DNA of 64,000 bases from Okamejei kenojei. Its lineage: Eukaryota. Location: the NCBI GenBank assembly GCA_035221665.1, contig CM069131.1, positions 39,432,001-39,496,000 on the forward strand, in the 5' to 3' direction. This document shows positions 12,101 through 24,650 of this stretch, piece after piece. Numbering within the stretch: position 1 is the first letter of the stretch; each line of letters begins with the position of its first letter. The position numbers and the translations under genes were made by a program. The notes beneath the pieces are model-generated. The model was not told the origin of the DNA and did no database searches. It saw nothing but the letters and a program-made list of their open reading frames with translations.

Positions 12101-15100
12101 AATTACAGCTGAATAACATCAGCATGTTAGAACATTCTGTCACAGCAACTGCATGCATATCATTGCAATTTCCTTACGTTGTCAGGAAACATCAGTCCCT
12201 CCTGTGAAGTCTGTCAATGATACAGTCACCATCATTTTTTTTAATCTAAATAAACAAAAACAAATCAAAATGCACAAATAAAGCCACAGAAACACTTACA
12301 TTGTCTCAAATTTTCTACTTCCATCGTTTTCTCGAAATGCCTTAAAAGTGAACGATCATCAAGTCCGATCTACCAGTGAACACATCCGTCTTCTTTGGTT
12401 GTGCCTCTGAAGACTTAACTTTAATGAGCATTGATTAGTGAATTCCACTGTGATTAAAAAAAAAAAAAATTGATCCCAATAATAAGGTGCCCCCAGTTAT
12501 TTAAAATGTTCTTTCCATCTTTTTCCTGTCTTTCTCCCCTTGTAGGCCGTTCACCGAGATGCATCCTCCTCCATCTGGGGGAGAGCAGGACGGTCCAGGA
12601 TGCAGACTTCTCCACGACTGCCGTCAATGCAGCTCTGTGAGCGGCTGGCAGGAGGTGCGATTTGAGAAGGGTGCGTTGGACAATGACACTTCTCCCTCAT
12701 TCCCCTCCCTCCACACACCCTCCCAGAAAATGGAAACCCTCACTTCCACATTGCGCTTCTTCTAGGGGTCTGGTCAAGAACTCAGGAAGCTCAACCAACT
12801 GAGGCAACTGATTTCGAGTGACAGGCTGTCCTGGGACTCGGAACAAGTGAAACTTTGGTTGGGGATGAAGCGTGAAAGCTGCTTGAGCTGTCATTGATAT
12901 CTATAAAGGACAGCATCACCCTATTTAAACTGAAAGGTTCCTTACGGTTTTACCATGGAGTCCTCTTAAGGTTATTTATATCGTCCAAAGGAATGAATAT
13001 TATCAAAGGAGTGATTACCCCAACCAAGAGATGCAGAAGAAGCTCTCACATGACGATCATATTGCTAGCATATAAAATGAAACATTGGTGACTTACAATT
13101 CAGGTTGTACACACAGTATTATTAGTGAGACTGATACAATTTGCCAACTACTGGATTTTTTTTTCATCCTTTTTATATTTTTTGCTTGTCCTCTTCAAAA
13201 TCTCCAATTCCTGCCTATGAATTGAACTACTCTCAGATGCTGAAGTGGAATTAACTGCTACTGGTGTCTCATCACGCTGGTTACTCTGTGTGTGAGCCTT
13301 GACTGCAAATAACAGGAGAGAAACTGTTTGAGCATGGGAGGATATCAGACCTGAGACCGATAATGCCCTTTCCTAAAGTTCCCACAACATACCTTACTAC
13401 TGTTACGGGATAACAATCAATTGAGGAATGCTATATGATTTAATTAACCTTTGAAGCTCAGCTTTGCTAATGCCAGTTGGAATGCTCACTTTGGTCTTCT
13501 GATTGAGATATTCTCATTCAGCATTTACCACTCACCAAGAGTCAAGGCTGGCATTTTCTTTGTAAGACACTGGGAAACAGCGTTACCAACTTAGGAAGGA
13601 GGAAGTCGACCCATGTGTGACTTTTGTCTTCGAAGCAAGCACAGCTTATACTTGGGAATGGAACAGATTGATTTTGGGCACTCTATTGTGTTATCACAGA
13701 TCAAGTTCATCATAATGAAAGGCAAGTGATCACCTTCCAATGTCATCAACGACATGCATTAACTTCAACTTTGAAATGCAATCACTCATCATCAAATCAA
13801 AGCTTTTTTATCTTTTGCATTTCTCTGAATATGATTGTCAAATTAGTACAGTTTTCTTCTGTGGGTTGTTGCTCACTGTGGATTGTTAGAAGTTGCGTAG
13901 AATAATTGTGTGGATTCTTGCAGCCAGAGTAGTTTTTCTCCCTTAATCTCGGTTGGATTGAACCCAGGTGTCTGGGGTGAAGTGCCTATATTTTATGGTC
14001 CACACAAACATTGCCTCACCCAGTTCTATGTTGCAACAACAAACCAAGGGGGAAAATGTATTAGATCATTTAATCTCATGAAGAGATGTGGTCGGATTTT
14101 TTGAGTGAGTTGTTCCAAAATATGAATATGATCTATTACGTAAAACTCCCAATGATTTTTTTAAAAACATTGATTTGTCAATATTATATTGAAAAGATGA
14201 GAAAAGTCAAGCGAAATCACTATTGATAATTATTATTAGTCTTATTTAATTAATAAGATATTTGAACGCAAACTAGAAAAGTATTGACAATTTTTAGAAT
14301 TGTATTATAGTATTATTAATTATTATGACATTTTGTTGCAGTGTTACAATTTGTCATTAGATGCTGTTAGTTCCTTTAGGAATTGCAGTGCTATACAATG
14401 GTTTTTAAGGGTGGTACAGAAACCGAGTATCAGTTAAAGTTGTTATCAAACTATGAATGTACTGAAGGTCAAAGTCAGAATCCATCTCCAAACTTCTGAA
14501 GGATGTGTAGATTTTAGAAAAAGGCAAGAGTTTTAATCTTCATGAATCTGGAGCAACTAAAACAAAAGCCACTGCATACATTTACATATGTATTGAAATA
14601 AATCTTTCACTTGGACAGTTATAAGTCATTATTCATATTTTTATGAATTATATGGGTAAAGGTTTCCATCTATAGTCATTTTTTAAAAAAATAGCACATT
14701 TATGCATTTTCCACCTTTATGTATAAAATGAGTGTACATTTGTAAAATTTGGGTCAAAATGTTTTTGATAGCGAGCAGTGTAATTTGAGAGAAAGCTCCA
14801 TGTTAGAGCAAACCAGATTTTTTCCGCTGCATTTTCTTCACTTCTGTTGGTCTAAATTTTAGACAAAGCGTAAAGATTTATTAAGTTCAGGACTGTCAAT
14901 GTAAAGTACTGGAACATTAGGCTGAATCAATAATATATTAAAGATTTGATGTCTGTGCAGAATTCTTTTAGATTGCTGTATACCACATTTATATTGGAAA
15001 TGGCTCTTAGAACATAAAATGTTAAACTACAGAGTGTTATGAAGTAAATATAACATTGAAACTGGTTATTTAAGCTAAAAGGTCTGTGAATATGTTCACA

Positions 15101-17989
15101 GTCCATACAAACCTACTTTTTATCTCACCCATTGAGTTTTCCTTATTTTCCCCTTCAAATGTTTACTTTGTCTTCTCTTGAATGTATGTATCCTACTTGT
15201 TTTCCATTATATCCTCTGGTGGTGATAACTGTGTTCTACTAAATCCCTGAGTCAAGAGATTTCTTCTACATTCCCAATTGGATATACTATAAATTAACTG
15301 ATTTTCTGGACTTGCTGGCGAGTAGGAACACCATTTGCAATTCTCCTTTATAAAAACCCCTTCTTATTCTTAAACCTCCAGTGGATCTTCACTTGGTTTT
15401 TGAAAGAAGAATTTGCCTATAATATTATCAACTTCTTAGTTTCAAAATAATTCTTGTAGTTGTACCGCTTCCCTTGTGGGTGTAATTAAAGAGTGATGAG
15501 TTTTCGGTCAGTATTTACTGAAAATATATATGTGATAAGGACCAAATGTGCAATTGGAAAATTGGAGCAGGATGTTGTCTCTCCACCCTGGTCCAATTAC
15601 CAGACATGTCCAACCCTGCTTCATTGAGAAAATGCAACTGTTCTTGATTTTCAGTGTACAAAATGACAGGACTTTCATTGTAAAGTACCTAAAGGGAATA
15701 GTAAATAGAGTTAAATGTTATTACTGTAATATAACCAAAGGATATGGTAAATGTTGAGTTAAATAGCCTGTATAAGTTACTATATAGACCAAGGCAGCAA
15801 AGGAGGAAGTAATTGTAGGATTACATGTGAGAATTAAGGCAAACGTTAATTATAGGTGTGCATACTTTCATGTAAAAACCTGTAATGTGATCTCAATGGC
15901 TTGAGATTTGTATTCTGCCGCTTTATTTTTTAAATGTCATTCCCTTTCTTCCACTGAAATCCTTTGACAAAGAGTCCCCTTTGGAGCTTGGAAGGATGAC
16001 ATTTCAGTGAAAAGGATGAAGGTAGTAATCTCACTATTGACCATGTCCACAAGCTGCCAATAATTTGAATGTAGCTGGTTTGTTTACAACCAAATCAACA
16101 CTCTTCATATTATCCTTTCACGTTCACACGGTCCTTAGCAACAAAGCAATACTATGGACTGCATTAAAAATGCTTTCACATATTCAGCAAGATCAATTAT
16201 ATTCTGGTTTGCACTGGATAGTTTACATGCCTTCAAAGATCACCACTTGCTGCCTGATGTTGTTCTAAAAACATACCCTTTTTTTCATTCAACTGGAGAA
16301 CATATAACCTCAAGGGGAATAATTTATGCCATTGAAAATAGTGACTAAGAAATGAGGTAGGAACCTGGTAAAATCCAAAATGCTCCACAATGATCTGCAA
16401 GGAGCTAATGTCTGAATCTAAATCACTGGTTACTGTTGATTGCCTCCGAGTGACTGGATCAAGCATTGAATTGGGAGCTTTTATGGACCTTGTCCCTGAA
16501 ACATGGTGTATGGTGCAGGTGAACCTAATGAAAAAAATGACATTTGAGATAAAAATAGAAATACATAACCTTTCATGTATCCACACATTTACTTCCTCCC
16601 TTTATCACGTTGTTCCTTATATTGTGTGTTTAGTGGAAATCCACACCAATAATTGAGACTAATCTTGCACTGTTTCTATGCTTTTTTGTCAAGTCAAAGC
16701 TGTTAAGCTAATAAAGTTACTTTGTACTTTTAAAGCTTACTGTGCTGTGTTCTGAGAGATGTATTTAAAGAAAGGAGGTTCCCAAATTTTCAGGACATCG
16801 ATGTCTTAAATCAATGACAGAATGCATAATAGATGTAACGCAGGTTAGAAGTCTTATGTTGAATCACAATGGAGATGCATCATGTGATTCAGAATTAATT
16901 TATTAAAACCTAATTCACCCCAAGTCTAATGGTGTGTGTGCTGAGCTGGACCAAGATCTCAGCCTAAGCAGGAGTTTGGATTCTGCAGCTCACTTTCCTG
17001 TTTAAGGACACACATGATGATCATGCATCCCATTTGGTACAGAACTGTGAACCGCTTGAACACACCAAACATCAAAACCCAAATAATAGAGAACATTAAA
17101 TTTTCGAACTTGGATTAGCTGATCTCAGCTGGTGTGTTTGAAATAGTTCTTCAATTTGTCTCAGTGCTTCTGGGCTAAAGATAAAGCTTTAATTTAAGTA
17201 ACACTTTTTACCTCCTCATTAGAATATTCAAAAATGCTTCATTGCAAAGATGCACTTTTTAATTTTAGAGGTCTTGGACTCACAGCACCCATTCTGTGTA
17301 CAGTAAATTCCTGCAAAGAGGTGAAAAGTCAGGCAAAGATTTCCAATGTTGATCACTGACTACTGTGTACACACAGGCAGACTTTAGTGATGGATAACTC
17401 CATAATCATAAGATGTGTTTTTTTTTTAATGCATGGAGAAGGAGTGCTCAAATAAATAAAGGGGTGACCTTTGATTCCAATTTACATAAATTTCAACCTG
17501 TTTGAGTAAGCCAAACTTACTTTGAGAGGCCAAACTCTTACTTTGAGAAACCAAAAATAGGCTGGACTTGACTCAGTGAGCTAATTTGTGGAGAACTGTC
17601 AGTACCTTTTAATAATACTCTTTTGTGAATTGCCAACTTTTTTGCTAGATGGATAAAACTGAAGAGGATGTAGGGGAACACTGAAATGTGGTTACAATTC
17701 CTATTGGACACTAGAAAAAAGTATTGGTTTATTCTAGATTGATGTTGTGATGTATCGGCCAACTAAATGTTTTGGTTCACACTTAAAGAGCAGAATTATC
17801 CAGTTAAGACTTCACTTTATCTAATGTAAACATGCAAACATACTTTCCTGTAAGCATAACTGGATAGTAACTATCTTTATAACTGGATAGTAACTAACTA
17901 TAGCTGATCTTTACTCTTTGTAGTCCAAGGCCTTGTAGTATTCTGTACCAGGTTGAATTAATGAATTAGCTCAAAGGTAGGAATATATA

Positions 17990-18200
17990 TAGAAACAAAG
18001 AACTGCAGTTCTAGTTTATTTCAAAGATAGACACAAAGTGCTGGAGTAACTCAGCGGGTCAGGCAGCATCTCTTGAGCAAAAGGATGGGTGATGTTTCTG
18101 TCCCAAGAAGGGTCTCGACCCGAAACATCAACCATCCTTTTTCTCCTGAGATACTGCCTGACCCGCTGAATTTCTCCAGGTATTTCGCTATTTATCTTTT
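17990..18200. mobile_element. Head-to-head (palindromic) pair of Penelope terminal repeats
   Basis: gctggagtaactcagcgggtcaggcagcatctc (18040-18072) pairs with gagatactgcctgacccgctgaatttctccag (18148-18179). Confidence 0.8.
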
Positions 18201-20528
18201 CTTCACACATCTGTGAGATATAGTGATGTGTGTGGTTTTATATGTACAATATATATAAATGTAAATTGTTAAGGTCAACAAAATGATCATATAACTTGTT
18301 GTTCATTATCCAATTCAGTTCAAACTACCTGAAGATTTAAGTGTAATATTTTATATTTAAACCATTTATGATCTTGTGGTAGATATTGATCATAACTTAC
18401 TAATGCAAGTAGTCAGATTTGATGTCATCAACAGTGGTAAAAAAAGGGCTTGAATTTTCATTTCAATTATACTGCACATTTCTTCAGTGCTTTTATATTT
18501 TGTTGGAGAAAAAGTGTTCAAAATTTAGTCACAAAATGGAAAGAAGGGAGCCATTTGTTCTTTAGAAATAATGTTAGTTCAAAATAATCTAGCCAGTCTC
18601 ACTCCTCTTGTTTATCCTTAGAACCGTGTAAATCCTTGATACATTTTTGAAGGAGGAGGTTTAGTGATTATAGAGGGAAGAACTATCATGCATAATTTAT
18701 CAAAGTTGCAGCAGATTACACTGCGTTATTGTTTTAGTTCTCTATTGGAACAGACAACCTAAATTGTGACATTGCCTTGTGTCTATTGTCAACTTGTTCC
18801 TAATGTAAATAATGTTTCCCCCAGCGATTGCTAAAATAATTTAGTCTTCTTTGGGAAGTAACATAAAACAATTTCAACCCAGTCATTTTAAATTGCTCAT
18901 ACTCATAGTTATCTTGCTACTATTGTAGTAAAACCTTTCAAGTTCAAAGCGATGCATAAATTCAGCTCAACCAATTACTATAATGAGTTACTTATTTTGC
19001 TTCTTAATTCTTTGGCCATTTTAAATATTAAAAGCTGAAACTAATTTGGATATTCTTAATGCAGTTTATCTCAATGCAACCTGCTCAGCTATTTTTGGTG
19101 GAGTTGTACTTTGAAGTATACAATACATGAAAAGAAGTATGGATACAAAATTTAGTAGCAAATGAGTAACATCCTAGATTATGAAGCAATCCATTTGTAC
19201 TGCAGTTCAGCAGAAAATGACACGTCAACCACGGGTCCATTCAACATTGGTCCCTGTACACCATAGCAGTCTCCATAGCATCTTAAACGTTGTTGGAAAT
19301 TGCAAAGCCACATGGAGTAATATTCATATTTGACAGAACACAGAATTTGGTGAAAACAAATTGTCTGGTTATTATACACTACAATAGAAGATGAAATTGA
19401 ACAGCATGCACACTATCCAACTGATCTGTTGCAATGTAATCACACTGAAAGTTGAATTTCAGCTCCATAAAGCCATAACATGTTTGACTATTGGTGTATG
19501 GCAACAGTATTTCATTAAAAAATGTTGACATAACGTGCATAAGAACAAATATCAGTCCGGCGCTTTTCAGTAAAAATAATTCAGACACATTTAATAGAAT
19601 TGATGCCGTTCTACACAGTTAAAGTAGAAAATATTTCTGCTATTGACATCAGTCGCCACGGTGAGCATAATTATTATTTTCAAACAAAAAATAATTAATT
19701 AAAGGTTAAGTGTTATGTACATGTGTGGTTGCATTTGAAGGAGGGCAGATCTGTGTCCAAAGTGTCTTTGGAATCTGTCTTGCGTGGTTTCTTTCAGCTT
19801 GTCTTCAAACAGATAAGCTAACAATTCAGTTTCACTACTGCTTGATGTCATCTCATGAGCATTATATAACTTAAATCTGTACGCCACCATTCCGGTAATT
19901 AGAAATGATCCTGCATCTGTGCTTTACAAAGTTTGCCTGCAATATCTGTATCACAATAACTGCAAATCCATAATTGCGCACAAACGAGAAATGTAGTGAA
20001 ACACTTATTCCAAAAGTATTGCCAATGAACTGGATACAGATGTGACCTTTCTGACAGTTTACCTCAACAAGCATAATAGACATACCCTTTAAAAATGCAT
20101 GTTTAAGTTTTGCAAAGATTCACAATAGGAAAGTCTGAGTGGTGTTATTGAGAGGAAGGATTCATTACAATGTTAAAATGCCCCTGGCCCATCACTTTGG
20201 AGTGGAGTGTTGCATTTGGGAGACTTTTGTTCTTTATACCATGGGGAGAAAGATTAAGCTGGAGGAAAAATCACTTTGTGGACCCTTCCCATTCAATGTT
20301 TCTGTCGCCATACTGAATTCAAGACAAGTTGTGGATGTTTGCCCCGAGGTCTGAAGGAATGAATTGAGGTGTGTGCAGATATGTAGAAATTCCAGTGAAA
20401 TATTGACAGGCATCCTAGGACCTGTCATAAACCCAAACAATACATAAATGATTTCCTACATTCCAAGCTGGAAGGTAATGTTTTTTATAACATAATATAA
20501 TGCATTTTATTCTGATTTATTTCTGTAG

Positions 20529-20828
20529 GAGCTGACCTCTTTTCCAATTGCACAGAAGAGTGTAAAGCACTGGGACACTCGGACCGCTGCTGGATGCCTA
20601 GCTTTGTACCCACAGATAACCGCCAAGGTCCGGATTATCGTAGTAATTTGCATGTCCCAGGCATGGACTCAGTGCCTGACACTGAGGTCTATGAAGCTCC
20701 AGAACAGCCTGGAGAGAAATCCTTCTCTACATTTGGAAAAGATAAAATGCATCCAGCAAATTTGGAAAAGAAAGAATATGATGCACTTCTGCCCAACACA
20801 CGTGCGCCTTACAAGCCACCATATTTAA
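20529..20828 (+). CDS. PCDH10: PCDH10 exon 4 (300 nt) with CM2 and WIRS motif
   Basis: Acceptor ttttatttctgtag|. Encodes (G)ADLFSNCTEECKALGHSDRCWMPSFVP...SFSTFGK...RAPYKPPYL. Donor TAA|GTGAGT. Phase 1 at both ends. Confidence 0.96.
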   Translation, partial: ELTSFPIAQKSVKHWDTRTAAGCLALYPQITAKVRIIVVICMSQAWTQCLTLRSMKLQNSLERNPSLHLEKIKCIQQIWKRKNMMHFCPTHVRLTSHHI

Positions 20829-22565
20829 GTGAGTTTCCTATAAAATTATTGCTGCCAAATCCATTTATCTTGCTTGTTAGGCGAAAGTGAAAAATCTTTT
20901 GGGAATTTCACTTGGGTTTAGTGCATCTTTTATAAATTTGGGAAATAACGTCTTAGAATCTATATATTTCTTCCTACACATTATTTGTATTTCTTTAAAT
21001 AGGATGTAGATTAATAGTTTTAATTGAGCCTAATAGTATGGTTGATCATCGAGACTAAAATGTACAGAAAGTAAAATCACATATATTTAAAGTTTCGGGT
21101 TAAGTCAATATAGCAAGTGGATCAGAAGTGCAGTTAGCTGTTCAAAACATTTGTGTTAATTCTGACTACATTTAAAATTACTCAATTGCAGCAAAGGATA
21201 GTGGAAGTTGCAAATATGATGTGACTTGCCAATGAAAATGTGTTATCAGAGTTAAACAGATTGTGATTTCTTCCTTGTAGTGTTCTCTTGATTCTGTGCC
21301 TTAGAGTCATAAAGAGCCTCTCTCTGGAGTTGTACTGCAGCTGTAGTGGTTTACTTCACAATTGTTTTTTGTTTGTGCTGATTAGAATGAGCTTTGTATA
21401 CAGTTCCAAAATAAAACAAGTATTATCAGAATGAGAAGCTCAATTCTGAACTTAACATATGCAAGTCCCTGAGATTCATTGTGAATTTTGCAGGCATACA
21501 TCAACGATGTCATTGTGTTGTGATTCCCTGTATAATTTCTGCAGATGTGAAAACTGATCGCCATTTTATTGATCTGAAATCAAGTTGAGCCCTGAATTAG
21601 ACGTGCATTTTTTAATAGCAATTATTGATGTCCAAGTACCATTGCTGATGTTTGTTATGAGCTGACTGTGCTCCTGAGTCTTTATCAGCATTGAAACCGG
21701 GCTTTGGAAATGAGTCTGTCTGCAAAGAAGGAGGTAGCTGAATTTTATGTTTTTGCCCACACTGGGGCATGCCCAAGATTGAGTTTCTGGATTGTGCAGA
21801 TATTACTAACCTAAATTGAGAAGCTAGCCTGGTGCTATTATCACTATTATGCCCCAAAGGAGAATGTCTGGATTTTCACTCCCATACTCTTCCCAGTAAT
21901 TCCTGAAAAATGTGTGCTTGCAGATATCTGAGCAAGAATTGTGCATGGTTGCTATGCATTATGGCCTAAAGCCGGGTGATATTACTTATAAAGGCTCATT
22001 CAGGGAGAATGCCTCCCTGGGCAAGATATCACCTGGAGCCTGTGAAGCCAGACTGAGATAGGAATCAATGCAACCAAGAGGAACATGACGTATGAATTTT
22101 TAGAAATAGGTTAAAATTTGGTTAGTGACTATGAAAATCTGGAACGTTTACTTAATATCTTCCAATTATACTGCAACTTGGGTGAAGCTGAAGTGGTGTG
22201 AATTTATCTTTTGTAGATGGTCTGATGCCTACAGTATCTGTGTCTGATGGTCTTAAGCCTACAGTAAATGGTGTGGCAAAGTTTTAAGTCCAAACTACCC
22301 TATTAAAATGCACATTATCACGATAATCCCCCACTAATACAACACTTTTTCTCTTCATTGGTATTGGCTTTGCGTGTCATGAGCACATAGCAATGAATGA
22401 AGAAGAAAAGAAAAAAACAACCAGTGACAACAATTTATCCTTTTGTTGTTATGGCAGGTATGAACAGTCAAAGTTATGCAATTTTCACCAGGAAGCATTG
22501 CATGCAAGTGAAGCAATGGGATGTTTGGATAAAGATTGCATTGCCATTTTGTAGTGTATGGCAGA

Positions 22566-22941
22566 TGTAAATATGCTCCTAAAACTTACTCCCCCCCCCC
22601 CCCCTTAGTCTAGTTCAGTAAAAAAAAACACTGACTCAAGCATTGGACCAACTAAACTTTATTTTTAGAACAAACAGCAAATTCCCCTCTACGATACCTA
22701 AACTACTGTGGGTTTGATCCTTGTCTCTGCCTGGCCAAGCCCTTCAGTCTCATGCAAGCAGACACTGCCCAAAAGGTCACGCAGTCCCAAGTGCCCATCC
22801 AGAAGATCGACATCGATCCAAAATGGGGCTACCTTTAATAGATCCACGAACATTGAGCGGCCGAACTACATAGGGGTAGTCCCCTTACAATCCAATCAAA
22901 CATATCAATCACATTATTGACAGTACCCCAATCCAATTACA
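22566..22941 (-). mobile_element. Solo-LTR-like element (copy A)
   Basis: Its reverse complement aligns by eye with 45185-45561 (tcgatcttctgg; gaccttttgg; tctgcttgca; gaagggcttggcca; caaggatcaaa; aaaataaagtttag; actagact). TG...CA termini. Confidence 0.7.
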
Positions 22942-24149
22942 GAGAGTGTAAAACAATATTTCTTAGAGAAGCTTCTGGAAGGAAGCTAGTTCACTGAATA
23001 ATGCAACATTTACCCTGGAACTCAAAACAATTCTGCCAAGGCATAACTCTTTGGCCAATCAACAAACAGCAGGGTAACTATCTTGCAACATTATTTACAT
23101 TATTTACAATCCCTTTGCAGCAATCCAATCAAACTCATGCATTTACAAAATCTTGGAGATCTTCTGCAAGATTCACATACATACTGACAATTGAAGAGAT
23201 ACTTATACCTTTCCTATCTGAAGCACTGATCTGGGACCTAAACTTCCTGCAGCCAGCAGCCTGTGGCTTCTTATACAGAAATACAGAATTGGCAAAAAAG
23301 GTCTTGTAATGCATGAATCCTCTGCTTTATTTTGCCTCTATTCTGGCCCTATTTTGGCCAGGATTTACACAGACTTCTAAGAGATGTCCATATTCATGCA
23401 ATTAGGGCCCATTTATATGTTTGTTATTTGGTGTTTAAGGCTAGTTGTTTGCACTAGTGGTTGAAAACATCAGCAGACAGCAGTTTCTTGGAATGTTTCA
23501 TATGGTGTTTAGCAGTTTGAAAGTTGATGTGCCGTTCAATTTGTGAAACCTGCAGTTTGCATTTTGCATTATTGAGGATGCTCAGTAGATGGTGACTCCC
23601 CATGTGAATTCAGTGCCTTCTTCACTAATGAACTTTGTATTCCTGTTGAATTGTGGATCCTATAATCTTACAAATGGTTTCTTTGAAGTTAATTATATTT
23701 AAATGAATATCTTCCTGCTTACAGATATTATAAAATGCTTTGTAATTTACATTTGTTAAGTTAATTTTAAATTGTGTACTCAAATGACAATACTACATAT
23801 TTCACTCAGATGGATTAATCTTTTGTATTATGTGTTTTTGATTTTGGTGGCCATTTATTTAATCCATTTAGCAAATAATGCTCCATGTTAGTGGTAGTAC
23901 TATTGTTAGTGTTAGTGGTAGCCATGGCTCCGTAGCTACCAGAAAGCAGTCATGATAAATCAATCTTTTGGATTTGAAATCATTAATTAGTGGGTTGCTT
24001 GGGATCATTGCTGGGGCCTTAATATTTACAACCAATTTTGATAACTTGAGTAAGAGAATCAAGTTTAATGCTGAAACATTTGTCAGTAATATACAATTTG
24101 AGTGAGAGGAGAAAATAGAGACTGAAAGGGTAAAAATAGGTTGAATCAA

Positions 24150-24650
24150 TGTGAGCAAAACGATAAAATCTTGCTTCGCAAAGGAATATCGGGATCCTAG
24201 TGGATGAAACATGTTATTGACAAGCCAAGTGGAATATTGGCCTTTATTACAAGGCTAGAGCAGGGAGGAGCTGGTGATGTTGCACCAAGAATTCTGCATG
24301 TATTTTTGTCTCCGTATTTAAGGAAGAATGTGCTTGCGTTGGAGGCATGCAGAGAAACTTCACCAGATTGATTCCCGGGATGAAGAGGCCAATGTATGAA
24401 GAAAGGTTGTGCCGGATCTCGGTCGAAGAATTATAGGTGATCTTATTGAAAGATAAATACTGTGTGGAAAAAGACAAAAATGGATTCTGAGAAGACGTTT
24501 CCTCTGGAGGGACTATCAAGAAGGTGACATAGTTTCAGGTGGTGATGATGAGGAATTTCTTCTGAGACAGGAATATTTGGAATTCCTTGCTCTACCTCCG
24601 AAATCTATGGAAGCAGAATCACTGAATATATTTCATGAGGAAATTGAAGA
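24150..24650 (+). mobile_element. Degraded CR1 LINE fragment
   Basis: ggcctttattacaagg...ttaaggaagaatgtgcttgcgttggaggcatgcagagaaacttcaccagattgattcccggga resembles CR1 ORF2 near the QRRFTRLIPG segment. Confidence 0.7.

Noticed and set aside
17856-17900. Short direct duplication ataactggatagtaacta (similar small tandem repeats at ~44670 and ~62790)
   Set aside because: Ordinary replication-slippage duplications with no sign of function.
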